From NCBI GenBank assembly GCA_038046385.1, contig JBBSWH010000009.1, positions 47,039 through 111,038 on the forward strand: 64,000 bases of DNA. The letters are read 5' to 3'. The translations under genes and the position numbers were made by a program. Positions 56,522 to 64,000 of the stretch are shown piece after piece. The notes beneath the pieces were generated by a model. It did not search any database and was not told where the DNA came from. It saw only the letters and a list, made by a program, of their open reading frames with translations. Position 1 is the stretch's first letter. Each line of letters starts with the position of its first letter. The DNA comes from Nanobdellota archaeon. Its GTDB lineage: Archaea > Nanobdellota > Nanobdellia > Woesearchaeales > GW2011-AR4.

Positions 56522-57614
56522 GAAAATTCTTGTTCTGATGAAGCGCTTCGGCGCCAATAAGGACATGGTTCTTGAGAATTTTGGAAGGCAAGTAAGATTA
56601 TTTGAAGAACTTTCAAAGCTCGGGCACAAAATAGACTTTTTTTGCCCGGACTATAAAAAACACGAAAGAAAGGACATCAAGAGAAAAGGAATAAACTATC
56701 ATGTGAGGCCTTATTCATTAAAACTGCATTTTAAATTTTCAGAAGAGTTGATACGGCTAATAAAAAAAAATAATTACGATGTTATTGTAGGCTCAACCGA
56801 TCCGTTGTGGGGAATCCTCGGATACAGATACTCAAAAAAATTTAACATTCCCTGTATTTATGACATGCAGGATGATTACAGCTCCTATGAAAGCCACAAA
56901 AACCCGCTTGTCAGGCACTTTGACAGAACTGCAGTCAAAAATTCAGATATTGTCCTGACAGTCAGCGATTCCCTGAACCAGCACATTTCAAAATTCAGGA
57001 AAAGGGCCACAATTACAATACAGAACGGCTTTGATGCAAAAGATTTCAGCAAAATCAGCAAAGAAACCGCAAGAAAAAAACTAAACCTGCCAAACGGAAA
57101 AATTGCAATATACGCCGGCGAGATAAGCAAGTTTAAGGGCGTTGATGTTCTTGTGGAAGCATTTGAAGATGTTGCAAAAAAAATACCGGATGCAAGGCTG
57201 CTGCTAAGCGGCAAAATAATCGATGTTGATGTAACGCGTAAATATATTATTTATGAATCATATTCCAAGAGGAAAGACTTAATGGATGCATTATCTGCGG
57301 CAGATGTTGCGGTGCTTCCCAACATAAATAATGAATTTTCAAGATACTGCTTTCCTTACAAGCTTGTTGAATACATGGCAGCAGGCCTTCCAATTGTTGC
57401 AACAAAAGTGGGAGATGCATCTTCAATCCTTTCAAAGCACAATAAGCTGCTGTGCGAGCCCAACAACAAAAAAGATATGGCAGAAAAGTTAATATACGCA
57501 TTGAAAAGCAGCAAGAAGCCTGATTACCGAAATGCGCTAAAAAAGCTGACATGGCAGAATCTTGCAAAAAAACTGGACGATACAATCAGGAACAAGCTAA
57601 AATGGAATCAATAA
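56520..57614 (+). CDS. Glycosyltransferase family 4
   Basis: Motifs YDMQD, IQNG, YAGEISKFKG and FPYKLVEYMAAGLPIV. ATG 56520 is preferred over GTG 56508. Confidence 0.9.
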   Translation: MKILVLMKRFGANKDMVLENFGRQVRLFEELSKLGHKIDFFCPDYKKHERKDIKRKGINYHVRPYSLKLHFKFSEELIRLIKKNNYDVIVGSTDPLWGILGYRYSKKFNIPCIYDMQDDYSSYESHKNPLVRHFDRTAVKNSDIVLTVSDSLNQHISKFRKRATITIQNGFDAKDFSKISKETARKKLNLPNGKIAIYAGEISKFKGVDVLVEAFEDVAKKIPDARLLLSGKIIDVDVTRKYIIYESYSKRKDLMDALSAADVAVLPNINNEFSRYCFPYKLVEYMAAGLPIVATKVGDASSILSKHNKLLCEPNNKKDMAEKLIYALKSSKKPDYRNALKKLTWQNLAKKLDDTIRNKLKWNQ

Positions 57615-58411
57615 AAGAGCTAAGGGCAATCTGCCAGACAAAAAAACAGCCGATGTACATGCAGCTGGTTTCAACACGCATATCGATATACATCACAAAA
57701 CTTTACCTTTACACCGGGCTTTCTGCAGACTATGTGACTATTTTTATGATGCTCCTAGTCATAGCCGGCTCAATCATAATGGCAACAGGAAGCTTATGGA
57801 ACATTCTTATCGGCATACTTCTGATTCATTTCACAATAATTCTTGACAATGTAAACGGGGAAGTTGCGCGCTACAACAGGGAAGACGGGCTTATAGGGAC
57901 TTTTCTTGAGCAGGTTTACCATAACCTTGCAGTGCCCTCATTGTTTTTTTCCATTTCATTCGGAGTTTTCACTGCAACAGGAACCAAATCAGTCTTGATT
58001 TTTGGATTCCTCGCTTCCATATTCGGGATGCCGATAATTCTGAAATCAATAAAGGATGCAGTAATAGATGAGAGATTAAGCGAAATAAAAAAAGGAAGGA
58101 AGCGGCAGAAAATAAGCTTAAAATCAACAAACATACAGGGAGGCGGCTCATTATTCGGAGGCATGCTTTACTCCCTTTATGAAAAATTCAGGGCAATATG
58201 GGTTTACCCTGCAAACATAGTTCACATAACGGTTCTGGCAATAATTGAAATTTTAAACATAAAAAGGGGCTACTTCACGCCGTATTCATCATTTGTTTAT
58301 TACATATGGATATATGGCTCTGTTTCTGCCATAGTGCAGTCAGCGGCGTTTATTGTAAACTACAGGGGAAAAACAATAGACCATTATTACAAGGAGCTTT
58401 TTGGGAAATAA
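57602..58411 (+). CDS. CDP-alcohol phosphotransferase family protein (degenerate motif)
   Basis: Motifs SADYVT and ILDNVNGEVAR...GTFLEQVYH, against canonical DxxDGxxAR...GxxxDxxxD. ATG 57602 is preferred. Confidence 0.75.
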   Translation: MESIKELRAICQTKKQPMYMQLVSTRISIYITKLYLYTGLSADYVTIFMMLLVIAGSIIMATGSLWNILIGILLIHFTIILDNVNGEVARYNREDGLIGTFLEQVYHNLAVPSLFFSISFGVFTATGTKSVLIFGFLASIFGMPIILKSIKDAVIDERLSEIKKGRKRQKISLKSTNIQGGGSLFGGMLYSLYEKFRAIWVYPANIVHITVLAIIEILNIKRGYFTPYSSFVYYIWIYGSVSAIVQSAAFIVNYRGKTIDHYYKELFGK

Positions 58412-58412
58412 T

Positions 58413-59843
58413 ATGAAATTCGGCACTGCAAGGAGAATAACTGCCAATTTTGCGAGCCTCGCTACAGCAGAAATAACATCAAAAATCATTCAGGCGCTTA
58501 TTTTTATTTATCTTGCAAGATTTCTCGGCAAAGATGATTTTGGAATTTTCAGCTTCAGCATTTCCTTTAGCCTTATTTTCATGATATTGGCTGATTTTGG
58601 CATGGGGACGCTGTTTGTTAGGGAGATAAGCAGGAAAAAGGAGCAAGCTTCAAAATTCTTCTCGCACGGCCTGGCAATAAAGGCAGTGCTTGCCGCCATC
58701 AGCCTTGCGCTTGGCTACATGTTCCTTAATATTATGGGATATCCGCAAAGGACAGTTTATGTTGCATCAATAATGCTGCTGTTCGCAGCGCTGCAGTCAT
58801 TCACAGAACTGCATTTCTCCATCTTCAGGGCATTTGAAAAAATGCATTATGAGATGATTTTAAAGGTCATTAGGATATTATCAATTGCCGGCCTCGTCCT
58901 TTATCTGACAAAAAACGGGCACGGGATAATTGCAGCTTCCCTTATTTTTCCCCTTATAGAATTTATAATGCTTCTTTTTGCCTTTGTAATAGTCAGTGCA
59001 AAATTTGCGAAAGTTGACCTGAGGCTGGATTTTGAATTTTCAAAATCAATACTGAAAGAATCATACATACTCTTCCTTTCATTGCTGTTTGCAACCCTTT
59101 ACCTGTATGTTGATGTAGTGATGCTGTCAAAAATGCGCACAAATGCAGAAGTTGGAATTTACTCGGCAGCGTCCAATATAGTCATAGCGCTGATTTTTGT
59201 ACCTTTGATGTACGCGAATTCTATATATCCGACAATCTCCAGATTTTATATCACATCAAAAAAATCCTTGGCCTGGGTGTATGAGAAATCCTTTAAGTAC
59301 ATGCTTATGCTCGGGTGCCCGATAGCAGCAGGGCTGTTTGTTTTGTCTGATAAAATAATAAATTTCCTGTATGGCCAGCAGTATGCCCAGTCTGCTGCAG
59401 TGCTTATGGTATGGTCAGGATACATTTTGCTGAAATTTCTTAATCCTATCGGCGGATACACACTTCTTGCAACTGACCAGCAGCATAAACGCCTTGCCGG
59501 CCAGGGCGCAGCTGCTGCCATAAACATAATACTGAACATTATCCTTATTCCGGCTTACGGAATCATGGGGGCTGCTTTTGCCACCCTAATCACAGAAATA
59601 ATATTCACAGCAATATACTGCTCATTCATGGCCAAATTCGGAATTAATTTCAAGTTCCTGAAGAAGTTTTCCTATAAGATTGTGATTGCCGTTTTGGCTA
59701 TGGCAATCATATTATTTTACATCAGAAATCTTGCCGCTGCAATATTGATAGGCGCATCGGTATACCTGGCTGTGATATTTTTACTGCGGGTTATTGATGA
59801 AGAAGACAAAGCTTTATTTAACAGGGTTGTAAGAAACACCTGA
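58413..59843 (+). CDS. Oligosaccharide flippase (Wzx/MOP superfamily)
   Basis: Motifs ARFLGKDDFG, DFG....VREIS, DVVMLS....VGIYSAA and LIPAYGIMGAA. Confidence 0.92.
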   Translation: MKFGTARRITANFASLATAEITSKIIQALIFIYLARFLGKDDFGIFSFSISFSLIFMILADFGMGTLFVREISRKKEQASKFFSHGLAIKAVLAAISLALGYMFLNIMGYPQRTVYVASIMLLFAALQSFTELHFSIFRAFEKMHYEMILKVIRILSIAGLVLYLTKNGHGIIAASLIFPLIEFIMLLFAFVIVSAKFAKVDLRLDFEFSKSILKESYILFLSLLFATLYLYVDVVMLSKMRTNAEVGIYSAASNIVIALIFVPLMYANSIYPTISRFYITSKKSLAWVYEKSFKYMLMLGCPIAAGLFVLSDKIINFLYGQQYAQSAAVLMVWSGYILLKFLNPIGGYTLLATDQQHKRLAGQGAAAAINIILNIILIPAYGIMGAAFATLITEIIFTAIYCSFMAKFGINFKFLKKFSYKIVIAVLAMAIILFYIRNLAAAILIGASVYLAVIFLLRVIDEEDKALFNRVVRNT

Positions 59844-59849
59844 TCTATT

Positions 59850-60719
59850 TTATTCAGGAGACTTTTTTTTCTTTAAGTTATAAAGCACAATGTCAGGCAC
59901 ATTAACTTCCCCCAGCTTAGACCTGTAATTTCCATGATAATCATTTCCGCCGCTTTCAAGTATTTTTTTTGATTTGACAATGTTCCTGTAAAAATCTATC
60001 AGGCCGATGTTGCCTTTCGCGTCAAGATGCAGATGAGGGCAGATTACATGGTAGGGGTAATAGGTTTCAATGCCATCCCCCCCTTCACCTATGAAAAAAT
60101 CTATTATTTTCAATGACCTGTCTTTCGGATATACTCCCGGATGGGCAAGTATTGCAACTCCTCCTGCATTTTTTATTGTCTGAATTCCTTCTTTTATCGA
60201 CACTCTTCCTTCTGTGCCTACAAAAGCAGGCTTTCCTGTGCCTATAAGCTGGTCAAAAACATCAGCCACTGACTTGAATTTATCAGGATATTTTTTCAGA
60301 AGAAACTTGGCAATGTGGGGCCTGCCAAAAGTCCCTTTTGCTGTTTTTTTCACTTCGTCAAAATCAATTTCAAAGCCAAGGCTATTGAGCTTCTTTATAA
60401 CCTCTCTTTTGTTCTCGTCTCTTTTTTTGTTGATATGCTCTGTAAGCTTAATAAGGTATTTATTTTTGTAATCCACAAGAAGCCCAAGAACATCAATCTT
60501 ATCTAGGCCAAACAAAGGATCATCGCAGCTGAGCTCTATTCCGGGAACAATTTCTATTCCTTTGGCTTTTGAATAATCGACGGCTTTTTTGATTGATGCA
60601 AGTGTGTCATGATCTGTTATTGCAATTGCTTTAATCCCTTTGGCTACTGCAAGGTCAACAAGCTCTTCAGGGGACAATTCCCCGTCCGATGCAACGGTGT
60701 GGCTTTGTAGATCTATCAT
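59850..60719 (-). CDS. PHP-domain metal-dependent phosphoesterase (TrpH/YciV, 3',5'-nucleoside bisphosphate phosphatase-like)
   Basis: Motifs DLQSHTVASDG, AITDHD, GIELS, GRPHIA, LAHP and GGNDYHG. Confidence 0.9.
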   Translation of the reverse strand: MIDLQSHTVASDGELSPEELVDLAVAKGIKAIAITDHDTLASIKKAVDYSKAKGIEIVPGIELSCDDPLFGLDKIDVLGLLVDYKNKYLIKLTEHINKKRDENKREVIKKLNSLGFEIDFDEVKKTAKGTFGRPHIAKFLLKKYPDKFKSVADVFDQLIGTGKPAFVGTEGRVSIKEGIQTIKNAGGVAILAHPGVYPKDRSLKIIDFFIGEGGDGIETYYPYHVICPHLHLDAKGNIGLIDFYRNIVKSKKILESGGNDYHGNYRSKLGEVNVPDIVLYNLKKKKSPE

Positions 60720-60724
60720 TTTAA

Positions 60725-61354
60725 TTAGAAACTTTTATTTTTTAATATTCCTACAATATCTTTTGCTAGCCTATTGAATTTTTCCGGATTAATTATTGTT
60801 TTTTTAACCGGACTCATTTTCACAAATTCTTCTCCTGCCTTTTCTTTGAATATTTCTTTTTTCTCGAAAGAGCTGTCAACAGTATACGGCTGGCCTATAT
60901 TTCCCCTGAAAGGGAATATCTTGATGTGCAAATGCTCCTTCTTGTCTTCCCAGGTAGTGCATTTTCCGTATGCTGCTATCGGAACTGATTTGTTTTTTTC
61001 AGATGTATGCGAAAGAAGATTTTCATCCTTTATCATTATTGATGCCATTGCCATGTTAAGCTTTGCAAACGCCATTCCAAAATTTTCTGCAAGTTTCGGA
61101 TATGAGCTTATCTGGGAAAAATGAGTAAGATGCAGCATAGGCATTATCTGGATTGTAAAGTCTGATTTTAATCCCCCTGTTTTCGGAGACAAAGTGGCAA
61201 ACCACCCGTTTTTTCTGTTCCCGATTTTGTAGATTACAGTGCCATACCCTGTATTTTTGCCCACTGCAGAATTTGCTTCCCTGCACAGGCTGCATTCCTT
61301 CCTTGTGCCTGTTTTCTCGCTGAACAGTTTTATTGCTTCTTTTGTCTTTTGCAT
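60725..61354 (-). CDS. HIT-like nucleotide hydrolase/transferase
   Basis: N-terminal CSLC, a P-x-x-H segment (IMPMLHLTHF), and EHLHIKIFP resembling the HxHxH triad with His-to-Lys at the third position. Confidence 0.55.
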   Translation of the reverse strand: MQKTKEAIKLFSEKTGTRKECSLCREANSAVGKNTGYGTVIYKIGNRKNGWFATLSPKTGGLKSDFTIQIMPMLHLTHFSQISSYPKLAENFGMAFAKLNMAMASIMIKDENLLSHTSEKNKSVPIAAYGKCTTWEDKKEHLHIKIFPFRGNIGQPYTVDSSFEKKEIFKEKAGEEFVKMSPVKKTIINPEKFNRLAKDIVGILKNKSF

Positions 61355-61355
61355 T

Positions 61356-62444
61356 TTAATCGTGGACTACCCTCATATACTCATTGTCCCTCTTTTCAGT
61401 CAAATAAGAGTCAAAGTATCCCATAACAATCCTATAATATACTGGGCCTCGCTTTGGCTTTACTTCCTCAACAATGCCGCTTGCCTCAACCTTTTCTTCA
61501 GGATATGCAAGCATGCAATAGTCCCTCGAATAAAAAACTACCTTGCTTATTGGAAGATTTTTGCATGCATCGTCTCCTGAGATAAATCTGGAATTGGATA
61601 TTCCATAGCATCCCGGACGCACGACAGAATCTTTGTTGCTGGTTACAGTGCCGTAAAATTTTGCCGTGCCGACTCTTTTGTATTTTTCCCTGCCCCATTC
61701 GAACCAGGATTCATTTTTATTTTCAACAGCAAAAATGATAAATAACGTATCCATGAAAAAACCCTCTGATTTTTTCCTGTGCATATTTTTTATGTAAATC
61801 TCCTTATTGTGCACCATGTGCCTGTTGCGCTTTTTGTAAAAATGCTCCCATTCATCATATGTTTTCCATCTTAAATTCCGGTTATTAGATGATTCCATGA
61901 ACTTCATTAATTTCCAGAACTTATCCTTGCCGTAGACCACTATGTTTATGTCAGATATTTTCGGGGAGTAGTGCCCCATAAGAGTTGAGTATGTAACTCC
62001 AAAATCATTCAGCTTAAGGCCGCTTTCCAGCAAAAAAGTTATGAGCTTTGTGACTTTTTGAAGATGCAGGTCCAAATCCTTTTCCGGTATTTTCATCAAG
62101 CCGGACAATCCTTTTCTTGGAGAATACTCCCGCTCTATCTTGCTTTTAGGCACTGCAAAAAAAAGTGGGCTTATGTCGTGGACACTGCTTTTGTAGATGT
62201 AATGCCTGTATTTTTTCCTGAAATCATCAATGTATTTTTTCAGCTCACTTGGATTTATCCATAGGTCAAGCCTGTTCATTTTCATTCCGGAGATAAATCT
62301 GTAAGGCAATGCATCAGAGGAAATTTTATTTGTAGGAATATATTTTGGCTTGACTAAAATCCTTCCGTCAGGATGCTCATTGCCGTAAACCTGGCAGTGC
62401 AACCCGTCTTTTGTCGTTATTATTGAAGATTCGTAGAAGTGCAT
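61356..62444 (-). CDS. Archaeal-type predicted nucleotidyltransferase (COG1665-like, Pol-beta fold), paralog B
   Basis: GVTYSTLMG....SDINIVVYG, N-terminal HP.G....KY and a C-terminal OB-like region. Confidence 0.72.
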   Translation of the reverse strand: MHFYESSIITTKDGLHCQVYGNEHPDGRILVKPKYIPTNKISSDALPYRFISGMKMNRLDLWINPSELKKYIDDFRKKYRHYIYKSSVHDISPLFFAVPKSKIEREYSPRKGLSGLMKIPEKDLDLHLQKVTKLITFLLESGLKLNDFGVTYSTLMGHYSPKISDINIVVYGKDKFWKLMKFMESSNNRNLRWKTYDEWEHFYKKRNRHMVHNKEIYIKNMHRKKSEGFFMDTLFIIFAVENKNESWFEWGREKYKRVGTAKFYGTVTSNKDSVVRPGCYGISNSRFISGDDACKNLPISKVVFYSRDYCMLAYPEEKVEASGIVEEVKPKRGPVYYRIVMGYFDSYLTEKRDNEYMRVVHD

Positions 62445-62445
62445 T

Positions 62446-63546
62446 TTAGATCTCGGATTTTATGAATTCTTTTTCTCTTCTGTCGCTTATGTAGGCGTCA
62501 AAATATCCAACGACAATTCTGTAATATTTTTTTCCTTTTTTTGGAGCTGCGAGCTCAAGCAGGCCGCATGCTGTAATCTGCTCCCCTTTCAGCGCCTGCT
62601 GCACAAATGGGATGGAGTACGTAACTACTTTAGTTATAGGAATGGATTTGTCAATATTTAAATTTTCTCCTGAGCTTTTTATCATTTTTCCATCAGATAT
62701 CTCATAGCATCCCGGCCTCACAAGGCTGTTGTAGTGGCCTGTGACTTTACCTGTTATTGTAGCAGTTCCTATTGGCCTGTATTTTTCTTCACCCCATTTG
62801 AACCACGATTCTTTGGCCTCTTCAACAGTGAACAATGTAAAAACATTTCCTCCAAACATGCCTTCATATCTTTTTCTTCTCATATGGCTTACATATTCCT
62901 GCTCTGTGAAATGCATTGACTCTGATGTTTTGTGTTCCTTGTAGTATTCTGCCCATTCTTTGTCGGTTTTCCAGTGAAGCTTCTCGTGTTTTGCAGTCTT
63001 TAAGTAGTCAAGTATTTTCCATCCGTTTTCTTTTCCGTAGATTATGATGTCTATGTCTGATTTTCCAGGAGTGTAGTTTCCAAGCAGAGTTGAATGTGTT
63101 ATGCCAAGATTATTCATGCTTACGCCGCTCTTTGCCAAAAATTCCACAAGCTCCCTTACAAGTGTCAGGTATTGGTCAAGGTCTTTTTCAGGGACTTTCA
63201 TCAGCTCCACAAGCCCTTTTTTTGAGTCATGCACTGTTTTTATTTTTTTTGTGGGAACAGCGAAATACCAGTTGCCGGTGTCTTTGCACTCATATATATA
63301 ATCCGGAAACTTTTTTTTGAATTGCTTTATGGACTCTTTTAGCTTTTCCTTGTCAGAAAAAAGATTGAAGCGTATCATGCACTTTTCAAAAAGAAACCGG
63401 TACTTCAGGCCTTTGAGGTCAAGGGCGTCTTTTGGTATATATTTTGGCTTTACAATGATATACCCTTTAGGGTGCTGATTGGAATATGACTTGCACTGGA
63501 AGCCGTCTACAGTGTCAATAAGAATCGATTCGTAAAAGTGCACCAT
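62446..63546 (-). CDS. Archaeal-type predicted nucleotidyltransferase (COG1665-like, Pol-beta fold), paralog A
   Basis: GITHSTLLG.....SDIDIIIYG, with the same architecture as the adjacent paralog. Confidence 0.78.
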   Translation of the reverse strand: MVHFYESILIDTVDGFQCKSYSNQHPKGYIIVKPKYIPKDALDLKGLKYRFLFEKCMIRFNLFSDKEKLKESIKQFKKKFPDYIYECKDTGNWYFAVPTKKIKTVHDSKKGLVELMKVPEKDLDQYLTLVRELVEFLAKSGVSMNNLGITHSTLLGNYTPGKSDIDIIIYGKENGWKILDYLKTAKHEKLHWKTDKEWAEYYKEHKTSESMHFTEQEYVSHMRRKRYEGMFGGNVFTLFTVEEAKESWFKWGEEKYRPIGTATITGKVTGHYNSLVRPGCYEISDGKMIKSSGENLNIDKSIPITKVVTYSIPFVQQALKGEQITACGLLELAAPKKGKKYYRIVVGYFDAYISDRREKEFIKSEI

Positions 63547-63567
63547 ACGTTTCAGAATATTTTCCCC

Positions 63568-63575
63568 TACTTAAA
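63568..63575 (-). promoter_or_regulatory. TATA-like box of the NTase-NTase-HIT-PHP operon
   Basis: TTTAAGTA on the minus strand, 21 nt before ATG 63546. Confidence 0.45.
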
Positions 63576-63634
63576 TCTTACTAAACTGTCTTCTATAGGC
63601 TTTATGAAAAACACTCAAAGAAATAAAGAAACAG

Positions 63635-63904
63635 TTATTGTTTTTTTGGTTTTTTAAAGTAGAAAAATACCCCTATATAAAACACAGTAGTTACGATGGC
63701 AATTACATATTTGATTATAAGCGGCATCTGATTTATCATCAAAGCATAAGCCAAGGCAATAAAGTTTGCCACAAGATATATTACAAAAAGCAGCAGGCTA
63801 ACTCCGCTGGTATCTTTCATCTTTAAAGTTTTTATTATCTGCGGGATTATCATCACAGAAAATAAAAATGTGGCAATCCATCCCAATGTTTGAGCTAAGT
63901 CCAT
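63635..63904 (-). CDS. SemiSWEET / PQ-loop small transporter
   Basis: 89 aa with 3 TMs and motifs LGWIA, IPQIIKT and TSGVS. TTTATAAA lies 21 nt upstream. Confidence 0.88.
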   Translation of the reverse strand: MDLAQTLGWIATFLFSVMIIPQIIKTLKMKDTSGVSLLLFVIYLVANFIALAYALMINQMPLIIKYVIAIVTTVFYIGVFFYFKKPKKQ

Positions 63905-63947
63905 ACTATTTTTTTAATGGGCTTATTTATAAATATTTGCAAAGCTT

Positions 63948-63997
63948 ATTGTAAATTCATGGGTTTAAAACCCCATGCTTTAGCATGAATTTACAAT
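63948..63997. repeat. Nested inverted repeat
   Basis: ATTGTAAATTCATG (63948-63961) and CATGAATTTACAAT (63984-63997) form a perfect 14-bp IR, with nested palindromes GGGTTTAAAACCC and CATGCTTTAGCATG overlapping the arms. Confidence 0.7.
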
Positions 63998-64000
63998 CCC

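Noticed and set aside
59850-63546. CBASS/CD-NTase anti-phage system call
   Set aside because: The NTases look COG1665-like rather than CD-NTase-like, and no SAVED, patatin, TIR, TM effector or E1/E2/JAB genes are adjacent.
868-63826. Numerous other 60-150 aa ORFs in the six-frame track
   Set aside because: They lie antisense or out of frame within confidently called genes and lack motifs.

Overview
The window is gene-dense, AT-rich and archaeal-looking. TATA-like boxes sit about 20-26 nt before many start codons, and there are archaeal-type nucleotidyltransferases and many GT-C membrane glycosyltransferases. A DPANN/Woesearchaeota-like host is an inference, not a demonstrated assignment. About 1-59.8 kb is one very large surface-glycan locus. 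It holds 6 GT-C-type membrane glycosyltransferases, 6 GT2, 5 GT4, 1 GT9, 3 flippase-like proteins, 3 nucleotide-sugar 6-dehydrogenases, 3 DegT aminotransferases, 6 SAM methyltransferases, 2 sulfatase-fold proteins, a WbpD/E/B/A-like cassette, RfbF/RfbG, and a gmd gene interrupted by an in-frame TAA. Four things stand out. (1) An AcpS-FkbH-ACP-MaoC-AAC(3) acyl-carrier cassette, unexpected in an archaeon. (2) An inverted AT-rich gene encoding signal peptide, Cys-rich ectodomain, TM helix, coiled coil, HNH nuclease and J-domain. (3) A 270-bp MITE with IS6-like 17-bp terminal inverted repeats and a near-perfect 8-bp target duplication, carrying twin-hairpin units that recur 10 kb away. (4) A tight operon of two paralogous Pol-beta-fold nucleotidyltransferases (one with a degenerate DxD), a HIT-like protein and a PHP phosphoesterase. 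No rRNA, tRNA or CRISPR array was seen. All product calls come from motif recognition by eye; no database search was run.
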